From contig CAYPRD010000001.1 of NCBI GenBank assembly GCA_964413195.1, positions 27,039 through 91,038 on the forward strand: DNA of 64,000 bases. Direction: 5' to 3'. The DNA comes from an uncultured Candidatus Peribacteria bacterium. Lineage in GTDB: Bacteria > Patescibacteriota > Gracilibacteria > BD1-5 > JAGOOR01. The notes below the pieces were generated by a model. The model did not search any database. It was not told the DNA's origin and worked only from the letters and a program-made list of their open reading frames with translations. Below, in pieces: positions 43,920-53,537 of the stretch; the first letter of the stretch is position 1, and the number at the start of each line of letters is the position of its first letter. Both the position numbers and the translations under genes were made by a program.

Positions 43920-45278
43920 TTATGAAGGGGTTTGGTGTGGTATTTCAATTCGTACAGTAAACCCTTCTCACTCAGCACTAATAAGATCGACAGCCCCCCC
44001 AGCGTCACGAATAATTTTATCAATAATAGACAGTCCTATACCCAGTCCCCTATCACGCACATCGCCTGATTTTGATTTATCAGCCTGATAAAATTTTTCT
44101 TTCAGGTACGGGAGATCATTGGATGTGACTCATCTCCCGTTATCCTGAAAAATGAGGATATCGGTATGCTGTTCTCGGAGAAAATTCACACGAAGTTGTG
44201 TATCTGGACCGGCGTAGCGGAGAAAATTAGAAACAACATTATGAAATATTTGTACCAGATTATCGTGATCAAAAACAACCGTAGCTCGCTTTGGTCCAGC
44301 ATATGTCATAGATTGTCTGTGGTGAGAAAGCTCACCAGAGTGAGTTTCTTGTACAATATGAAATATGTCTTGGATATTTATTTTGGTATGATGGAATTCG
44401 GTGGGACGGCTCTCAAATGTCTGAAAATGCATCAAACTTTCCACAATACGTATGAGGCGTGCAAGCTCACCGGCAAGTGCATCTATGTTTTTTGCATTTA
44501 GTTGTATGACGCCATCTTTTATTCCCTCAAGATAGACGCGTATGGCTGTCATCGGGGTCTTGAGTTCGTGACTCATATCTGTCAAAAATTGTGTACGTAT
44601 TCTTTCTTGATGATCGAGGCGCATACGCAAACTATTAAGTGAATCAATGAGCGGGCGGAATTCATCGTTTCGATCGTAATCCAACATTCTTCCGCCAGAA
44701 GCAGTGAAGTTGTCCAGAATATCGGTAATGGCCCGAATAGGTTGAAAAGATTTTCTCAAAAAATACAACACAAAAATAACAATCAAAAGAACGAAAAGGA
44801 AATTAATTCCCAGCATTGCAACTCACACTTGTGCTACAAACTGACGCTTTGGGTCATTTCACTCAGTAAAACTAAAACCCAGGGGAGCTTCTTTTAAAAA
44901 GGCAGAGAGGGCATTAAGCCCGATAACGTCCTCTACTTGTTGCTGTTCAACACCAGAATTTTCTAAATATTTTCCAACAGAGTCCCTGTTAAACTGCGGA
45001 TTGGAATCAATATATTTTTCTAAACCGGAAGCCAGAAGCCCCAGATCGTTGTCAATATCAGTGTACTGCTCCAGAAGTTCTAGAGCATTATCTGGAAATT
45101 GTTTTATAAGTCCCAAAATCTCAGCGTCAATCTCATTTTTTTTTGTTTCTGTGTAGAATTGCTCCAAGAAATCAAAGAAATACCGCTTGGTCACCATCGG
45201 CAATATCGTCAGATTCAAAACTAAAAACAATGTCACTATTCCAGCAACAAGCAAAAGTATTTTTCGCGTAAGGGTCAT
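43920..45278 (-). CDS. sensor histidine kinase (no adjacent response regulator)
   Basis: ORFs 44859-45278 and 44130-44816 plus the C-terminus are joined through TGA. Two TM segments. HisKA FLTDMSHELKTPMTAI. HATPase_c GLGIGLSIIDKIIRDAGG. TAA at 43920-43922. Confidence 0.8.
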
Positions 45279-45357
45279 AAAAAATTGAAATTTGTGGAAT
45301 ATCTCTAATGTGTTAGGTACTATACGAAGAAAAACTATTTTGTAAAAACCTCGTACA

Positions 45358-46353
45358 ATGCGCTACGTCACACCAGATGCCGACGATAGAGGTCAGCGAC
45401 TCGACCGTTACACAAGAAAAATATTTCCCGGAGCAAAACTGGGAGAAATATACGAGGCTATTCGGACAAAAAAAATCACCATAGGAGGAAAAAAACTGCC
45501 AGAAAGTACGCGTCTCAGAGAAGGCGATATACTAGAAATCTGACTCTCAGACGCATTGTGGGAAATTTGGACACAAGAAGAAAAAACATCCAAAAACATC
45601 CAAAAAAAACTTCATCCCGAGCGCATACTCTACCAGGATACTCATCTTTTTATCTATGATAAACCCCCTGGACTTATCGTACATAGCCCGGATCATAAAA
45701 CAGAGGAAGTGTCTCTTATAGACCAGATAGAAGATTATCTCACTTCACGAGGATGGAAACCTACTGGTACGTTTGATCGCCCCGCTCTCGCACACAGAAT
45801 TGATCGAGATACATCGGGGATCATCATCACTTGTCTGGACCGAGTATCCTATGAACATCTCGCAGAACAATTTCGCACAAGAAAAGTGGAGAAAACCTAT
45901 CTTGCTCTTGCCACAGGGGTACCAACACCTCCTGAATGAGTCATCCATGCTCCCCTCAAACGGATCGATGAACATGAAGATACGAGGGCAAAGGTTATCG
46001 TAGATATGAGCGGAGAAAAGGCAGAAACACGGTACAAAGTCTTGATTCATTCACCTTCAAAACAATGGAGCCTCGTGGAACTCTCTCCAAAAACAGGACG
46101 AACACACCAGATTCGTGTCCATATGTCACATATTGGACACCCCCTTGTGGGAGACCGCCGCTATGGATGAAAAACTATTCTCCATTTTCCCGAACTTATC
46201 CATACATGCCCAGAATTATGAGATCATCATGGACACATCCTTCACGCAGCATCTATACGTTTTAAAAATATAGACAACACAGTCATCACAATTGAATCAG
46301 TTCCCCCTTGGCTTAAGGCTGTGCAGCCTCAAAAAGTTTCTGCGCCAGAGTAA
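45358..46353 (+). CDS. RluA-family 23S rRNA pseudouridine synthase (RluD/RluC-like, with S4 domain)
   Basis: ORFs 45358-45543 and 45556-45939 plus the downstream same frame. [13 protein letters not shown] and [27 protein letters not shown] at 46351-46353. Confidence 0.85.
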
Positions 46354-48697
46354 GTTTATTATTTCGAACGTTAACATCATTCAGGATAGCATCAGGGAAG
46401 AGTTTTTTCAAACCATCCTCTGCCTGAACGCCATTCGTTGGATTATTTCCTCAAAATGCCTGGCGAATATCATTCTTCTCATCGATAGTAAGTTTGGTCT
46501 TATCGATTGTAGGATTAGTAGGATCAATAACTTGTCGGTTACTTCCGAAAGCAATCTGATTTCACTGGACGCTAGCAGCACTAAATCGAAGTGTTGCAGG
46601 CGTCGATGAAGATGAAGATTGTCATCCCTCTTTGATCACCTTGAACAATTCCTGGGATTTAGTATCCGTAAATACCGAATTAAGATCTGAATCAATAATT
46701 TGAACTAATTCACCCTGAGATTGAGAACCTTGTATTCTACGAATTATGTCCGTCTTCTTGGCTGCATCTATAGTTGATGCTTTAACCATTTCTTCTAGAG
46801 CTATTCTTTGTGCTTCAAGTGCTTTTGCTGTCACACGTGCACCTTGAGGAATATTTCGTAGAGCATTAGTAAACCCATCTACGTTCGTCGCAGCATTTCT
46901 CGCTGCAGCATCCAAATTAAGAAGTCCTGGCGTTTTGAGGATATCTTGCAAATTCTTTCGTTCATTGAGCTCATGTTCATCGACGGATCGACGGAGAGAC
47001 TCAGCAACGGCAGTCATACCAGAAGGAGTGAGAGCCTTAAATGCAGGATGCGGAACCGGGATATGACTTGGAAGGTGTTGGACAAAGTGTCCAACGCTTT
47101 CTCCAAATTTCGCAAAAGGTTCAAATGCCACACGAGTAATCTCATCATGTTGAACCGCGGCCTTAACTCACAACCAAATAATGACGAGTGAGATAAGGGT
47201 GAGAATAATATGCGCAAAAATATCTTCCACACTCGAAATCAATCCTGAAGCGACTCATCCTACTCATGCTGCACCTGTACCAAGTGCACTAGATTTTTCA
47301 GCGCCTCCAATAAATCATGAAAGCATATCACCAAATTCAAATGTTATTGCATACTCTCCCGCTCCTCACCCATTCTCAGCATTCGTCGTATCCGTGCCAA
47401 TAATAAGTCGAGAAGTGTATCCTTGTTCTGATTGCCCATCCGCTGTGATACAGTATTTCACAAGGAAATCACCCGTCGTACAATGCACGCCAGCTGTCGG
47501 CGTTCCATGAATGGCTCATTTAAAGGTATTACTGATAACTCATACAAAAAGCAGTCCAAATGAAAGTACAGCAGATACTAATACCGGTACCATAGCAAGC
47601 TTGAAGAATGGAACAAAACCAAATTCCCCCAACGATGCTCCACCACTTCATCATCACTCAGAATTGAGCGTCTTCCCGGCTCATTCATCACCGACGGCAT
47701 ACGCTAGCCCGAAAAGAGGGGAAAACATCACATAAATCCAGAGTTTAAATGCCCGCACAAGCAGTACCCAACACAGTGCAACTAAGAGAATAGCAAAAAA
47801 CATCGTGGTCACGAGAGCAACACCAAATTTTCGTAATACGGCCATCAAATTCTTCACACAAGTTTTAGAGTCTTGGTAGGTAGTTCATTTATTTTCCGAG
47901 GTGGCTGCACTACTGCAAACATTACTGAGCTCTATAAGTGAGGTTTTCTGGATTTTAAAGATGTCATATGCATAAATCATAATGATGAAAAAGGGACCGG
48001 CCTGATTGTAGCTCACAAATTCAGCAGCAGAGATACATTTTCCTTGTCCATCTCGTTGATTTCCGCTCTCATCACAACCGACCTGTGCAGGATCAGAGCC
48101 GGGACTGGTGCTCCCCATAGCAAAACTGAGTTTTGTCGGGATCACTTTTTCATGAAACATCCCTTTATCTTCTCCTGGTGCAGTCGGGTCCTGCATACGA
48201 GCAATAGCACCCATAGGAACTGAAAGTACTGCTGCTACAGCCTGATTGGCAAAGGAAAGTGTCCAGCTCACAATAAGCCATGTAAATGGCACCATAAGAA
48301 TTCCAATCAGAAATCTTCCTATTTTCTGTTTAAATGCAAATTTATGCTCTCCTCCGCCAAAAATATTCATGACTGCCATGTAGAGCAGAAGAAGCGCAAA
48401 GATTATGTAGACGATATTTGATACCAACACCCAGACTTCCAAGAAATACGCTCGGAGTCCAAAGAAATCTCCCATAGTCCAATCAGGAGAAAGGAGCCAA
48501 CCAGCAATGATAATTGCTGGAGTAAGTAAGATCACGAGTATCCCAAAAACAATATCCAATATCTGGATGATACCTCTCACCACATCACTATCTCCGCTAC
48601 TGTCTGCTGCAAAAGCACACCCAAAGAGAAAGGTAGCAAAAAAGATACTTCTTTTTAGAGTGATAAGAGATCGGAAAGACGTGAGGAAAGAAGTCAT
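46313..48697 (-). CDS. large polytopic membrane protein with hydrophilic C-terminal extension, tentatively VirB6/TrbL-like (794 aa)
   Basis: ORFs 47885-48718 (ATG 48697) and 46622-47131 share one frame, and all codons between them were read with only TGA interruptions. Signal-like N-terminus, at least 7 hydrophobic helices, Gly-rich loops, and a soluble tail of about 270 aa. TAA at 46313-46315. Confidence 0.6.
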
Positions 48698-48698
48698 A

Positions 48699-49517
48699 TT
48701 ATTGATTGTCGGTAGCAAAAAGTTTGAGTTCTTTCAAGGCAGCAATATTAACCCCTTCTGGTAATCGAACCGTAATACCCTGAGCCAGAGCAGCGGCATT
48801 GGCTCGTAGAACAGTAATACGCTGCTCCGAAGCCTGTATGAGGGCTGCATATTCACGAGCAAGACGACGAGAAAATACAGTATTATTTCGATGTTCTTGT
48901 TCCTCTATGCGAAGCTCTTCGAGCTGAACAAGACCCTTTATGATAGCGCTGCTATCTCGATTGTTGTAGGCATTCTCGAGAGAGTTTTGCGTATTTTTGA
49001 TCTCTTCCTGAATGCTTGGGAGTATGCCTGCATGGAGGTCAGCCTGCTGTGTCAACGTATTCATTGCCTCCTTTGCATCATTTTTTGCACGATCGAGTTG
49101 ATCAATATAATTTTCTAATCCGCTCAGCCTATTTGGCTGAAGACGCAAGTATTGAACAATATCAATTTGCAAAATTTCTGTTAATTCTCCTATCCGTTTG
49201 AAATGTTCTTGGAAAAATATCTCACCAGTAATCGGGTTCTGGACAATCGCTTCTTGGACACGGGCAGTATCTTCAGAAAGTCTTACCGGAACAGCATCGG
49301 CCTGAGGGATATCAGTCCCAATATTATTACCGAGAGCAACTCCTACAAGTGCGAGCGGCTCTTCTGGAGCACTGTTGAGTGTGAAAGAATTCGGACGGAG
49401 AGAAAGAGAAAACCCATACGCCGTCAGGGTGATGATGAGGAGCGCTAAGCACACAAATCCAAACCATTGAACTGCATCAGAATAACGTTTGAATCGAAAG
49501 GAAGAATAAAGTTTCAT
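48699..49517 (-). CDS. N-terminally anchored coiled-coil protein, tentatively VirB5/TrbJ-like (272 aa)
   Basis: ORF 48699-49523 contains no TGA. TM FGFVCLALLIITLTAYGF, then a long Q/E/A/L-rich helical region. The stop lies 1 nt from the ATG of the downstream polytopic membrane gene. Confidence 0.55.
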   Translation of the reverse strand: MKLYSSFRFKRYSDAVQWFGFVCLALLIITLTAYGFSLSLRPNSFTLNSAPEEPLALVGVALGNNIGTDIPQADAVPVRLSEDTARVQEAIVQNPITGEIFFQEHFKRIGELTEILQIDIVQYLRLQPNRLSGLENYIDQLDRAKNDAKEAMNTLTQQADLHAGILPSIQEEIKNTQNSLENAYNNRDSSAIIKGLVQLEELRIEEQEHRNNTVFSRRLAREYAALIQASEQRITVLRANAAALAQGITVRLPEGVNIAALKELKLFATDNQ

Positions 49518-49584
49518 ATCCAAATCCTACCATACTTATTCCAACAACTCAAACACAGAGACAGGAAAGTGAGAGCAAGAATAC

Positions 49585-49613
49585 TTGACATATATCGTAA
49601 GAGTAGTAAATAA
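49585..49613 (+). promoter_or_regulatory. candidate sigma70-type promoter for aspS
   Basis: TTGACA (49585-49590), a 16-nt spacer, then TAAATA (49607-49612), about 70 nt upstream of the aspS ATG. By eye only. Confidence 0.3.
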
Positions 49614-49682
49614 AAAATGAAAGAAAAAACGTGACTTTCCGAAAAATTTACAATAATTATCCTACTACATTTTTTCTTTTCT

Positions 49683-51446
49683 ATGCACCGAACGCACACT
49701 TGCTGACAACTCAATGAGCACCATATAGATAACACCGTGACACTCGCAGGATGGGTCGCTCACCGGAGAGATCATGGAGGTGTCATATTTATCGATTTAC
49801 GTGATCGGTATGGCTTAACACAGATTGTTTTTGATCCAAATGCTTTTCCAGAAGCGGCAAAAAATGGCGATATGGTACGGTCAGAATGGGTGATAAAAAT
49901 AGAATGACATGTTCGTGCCCGACCAGCATGACAAGCAAATCCAAATATGGATACTGGGGCGATAGAAGTACTGGTACACAACTGTACCATCCTGAGTCGT
50001 GCAAAAACTCCTCCATTTGAAATAATGGATTCCACCAACGATGTCAATGAAGAAATTCGCTATAAATATCGTTATCTTGATCTCCGAAGAGATGTCCAAC
50101 GCAAAAAAATTGAATTCAGAGCAACCGTTAATACCTACACGCGGAAATGGTTCCAAGATCGAGGGTTCCTCGAGGTGCAAACGCCTCTTTTCACGGTCAG
50201 CTCTCCTGAAGGAGCACGAGACTATCTCATCCCATCACGTCTCCATCCGGGAAAATTCTATGCTCTCCCCCAAGCACCCCAACAGTATAAACAACTTCTC
50301 ATGGTGGCATGAGTCGATAAATATTTCCAAATCGCGCCCTGTTTTCGTGATGAGGATCCGAGAGCCGATAGACATAGTTGCGAATTTTATCAAATCGATT
50401 GTGAAATGAGTTTTGTGCAACAGGAAGATGTCCTGGATATCGCAGAAATATTTGTAAAAGATCTCGTCACCACTGTAGTTCCAGAAAAGAAATTAGCACA
50501 AAAAGTATTCACTCGACTCACACACAAAAATGCACTCGATATGTATGGCTCGGATAAACCGGATTTACGATTTGACTGTCACTTTGAAGACTTCACACAT
50601 GATTTCGCGCATTCATGATTTGCAGTATTTTCTGATACAATCAAAAATGGCGGAGTGGTAAAAGCCTTTAAACTGAGCGGTGTATCCATGTCACGAAAAG
50701 ATATAGATGAAATAACCCAAATCGCTCTCGATAATGGAGCAAAGGGGCTCGCCTATATTCTCTATGAGACAGAAGGTCCCAAAAGTCCGATACTCAAATT
50801 CTTAACACAAGAGGAATTGCAAGCACTCGAGACACGACTCAAGCCTGAAGTGGGTGATATGATATTTTTTGGAGCCGATAAACGTACAACAGTCAATAAA
50901 GTTTTAGGAATCCTCAGAAATGAGCTCAAGCACCGATATAATTTAGCCGATCAAAATAGTCTTTGCTTCACATGGGTAACAGATTTTCCTATGTTTGAGA
51001 AAGATGAAAAAACTGGAAAACTGGATTTTGAGCACAATCCATTTAGTGCCATCAATGCAACCATTGAAGACCTCCGTACGATGAATCCTCTTGATGTATA
51101 TGGGTTTCAGTACGATCTCTCTCTCAATGGGTATGAAATACTCTCTGGCTCAATCCGTAACCACGATATTGAGCTTCTCGTAGAAGCATTTCGTATGGTT
51201 GGGAGAAGTGAAGAAGAAGTAAAAACGAAATTTGGCGGCATGTATGAAGCGTTTCAGTATGGTGTCCCTCCCCATGGATGATTCGCATTTGGAGTTGATA
51301 GGCTCATTATGATTCTCATGAACGAGGAGAATATTCGCGATATTTACGCCTTCCCAAAGTCTGGAAAAGCCCAAGATGCTATGATGAACGCACCCAGCTG
51401 CGTCGATGAAGAAAGTCTTCGAGAGTTACACATAAAACTGAGATAG
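49683..51446 (+). CDS. aspS: aspartate--tRNA ligase
   Basis: MHRTHTC-G-QL (TGA 49704-49706), [56 protein letters not shown], and [11 protein letters not shown]. ORFs 49947-50312 and 50655-51281 are in the same frame. TAG at 51444-51446. Confidence 0.9.
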
Positions 51447-51519
51447 TATACAATACTATTTGACAAATATTTTTATATTATTAAAAATATCATATTAATT
51501 GAATATTTATTTTAATTAT

Positions 51520-52035
51520 ATGGCTCCTACTGAAAGTGCTTTTAGCTGAGATAGAGACAGGGAAGGTGAGGTAAATCTTGATATCCTATACCCTACTTTA
51601 GAATCTCGCTTAAAAAGAATTACACAAGAAATCTTTAATAAATTTGCACGTTCCCAGACCATAATAAAGGCTATGTTATTAACTGCATGATATGAAGAAG
51701 ATGATATAACAGATCCTATTGTAGCAAGCTACAACCCTCTCAATCTTAATCACTTGGATATACTTCTGAAAAAATGTGTAGCTAAAGGTGGCGTATGGAA
51801 TAAAAGACAGCTAGAAGAATTTTATGCAGAGCTCATTAATATAAGAACAGCCATACTCCAATTAACAAAAAGTTCTCTCATATTATCCCGAGATTTGTGG
51901 ATCAAAAAACACTGGTGGAAAATAATACTTATTCTTGGAGGTATTATGATAGGATATATATGTTTAGAGAAACTCCAAGAAGAAAATCCCCCTGCTGAAA
52001 GGTCAGAGCCAAAACAATTATTGACTGAGAGATAA
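51520..52035 (+). CDS. hypothetical protein with C-terminal TM (171 aa)
   Basis: ORF 51754-52035 extends upstream through 2 TGA to ATG 51520. TM WWKIILILGGIMIGYICL. No family recognised. Confidence 0.45.
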
Positions 52036-53373
52036 GAGGAACAATACCACTGATCAAGTAAAGAGCACCACCCCCAGCATTCGCAATACGTAGGTTCCAA
52101 AAAGCTTACTTCCAAATTTCTTCGCAAGGCCAATTTTCATGATCGTATTCATGATGATGGCGATCAAGATGGCAGTTGTTGCTGCCAAGGTAGAGATAGA
52201 TTGATTGTTGGGGTTGGAAAGCTCTGACATTTCTTGAGTAATTGCATCCACATCAGCTAATCCAGAAAAGAGCGCGACGAGATACAGAGAGAAATCTCCG
52301 AATTGATCTTTATACGCAAGTGCAATGGTAGAGAGGAATTTAATCAAAACAACAAATCCGGCAAATTTGAGGGCTGGAGCGATCTGAAATGGACTTTCAT
52401 GAATTTCGGATATCTGAACTCCAGTATCATGCTTCTTGGATTTTCACCATGCCCACCAGAGAAGAACAATAGATGCCACAATCATCGAAAGTACTGGAAA
52501 AAGGAGTGTACTCAGAAGTTCTGGATTAAAGAGCATCACGATTCCTATGATACGAAAGAGCATGATAGAACACGCTGTGATTGTCGCAATAACCGTAGGA
52601 TATAAAAACGCCTTCTCCTCACTCTTACTTTTTTCTGCCATCGCTGATGTGACAGCCGTCGATGACACCAATCCCCCAAGAGCACCAGAAAAAATGATAC
52701 CCTTACTCGCTCCAAAAGCTTTACTCATAACATACCCAACGTAACTCACTGCCGACATGATGACGACAAAAAACCAGATACTGTACGGATTAAAAAACGG
52801 TATCGTGGTAAAATCGTTGTGTGGCAAAAATACAAACATGTCTGAAAGAGCATATTTATAGTCTGGCAAGAGAGGCAAAATAATGAGGGAAATAACAGCA
52901 AATTTCAGCGTCGTTGAGATTTCATCTTCACCAATTTTATCGATAAGTGGAGCAATGCGGGATTTGTAGTTGAGCATAATGGCTACAAATATTCCGATAA
53001 ATACTGCTACCTGTACTTCACCGAGCATCGTCAGGGCTCACAAGAGAAAAACAGTAAGAGCCGCAAATTCACTCGTGACACCAAATTGGTGTTGTTTAAA
53101 AGCAGAATACGAATACGAGACAATAATGAACAAAAAGAGCGTTATCCCCGTAAACATGAAGACAAGGGGCATATGGCCCAGGACTTCTCCAAGATAAACA
53201 GAGACAGCACCAAGAAGTGCCATGAGGGTATAGGATCGGAGTCCTCCGAAAATCACCTGAGGCGAATTGTAGTCCGGATACAAACGATTGGATACCACTT
53301 CCCTCTCAAGACCAATAAGCGCTCAAATAGCGGCTGCCTCGAGAAAACGAATAACAATTTCTATAAGTTCCAT
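52018..53373 (-). CDS. MgtC/SapB-family membrane protein with DUF4010-like C-terminal half
   Basis: ORFs 53038-53298, 52444-53028 and 52054-52347 are in the same frame and joined by TGA. MELIEIVIRFLEAAAI-G-ALIGLEREV (MgtC motif). Polytopic. TAA at 52018-52020, with an 18-nt convergent overlap. Confidence 0.7.
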
Positions 53374-53537
53374 AGATCCATTGTATCACGACTCAAAAAA
53401 AATCACAAATTTTATAATAGAAAAACCCCAGAAAATGTGTTCGGATAGTATTTTATATAAAAAACTTGCATTTTTTTAAAAATACCTACTATAGAACTTG
53501 TAGAGACAAAAAATATTACTTATCTTTTCCTTTCTAT

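Noticed and set aside
51447-51519. Extremely AT-rich spacer considered as a replication origin or DnaA-box cluster
   Set aside because: It contains no TTATCCACA-like boxes. The only near-match in the window (about 26673) lies inside a coding region. No dnaA or dnaN is nearby.
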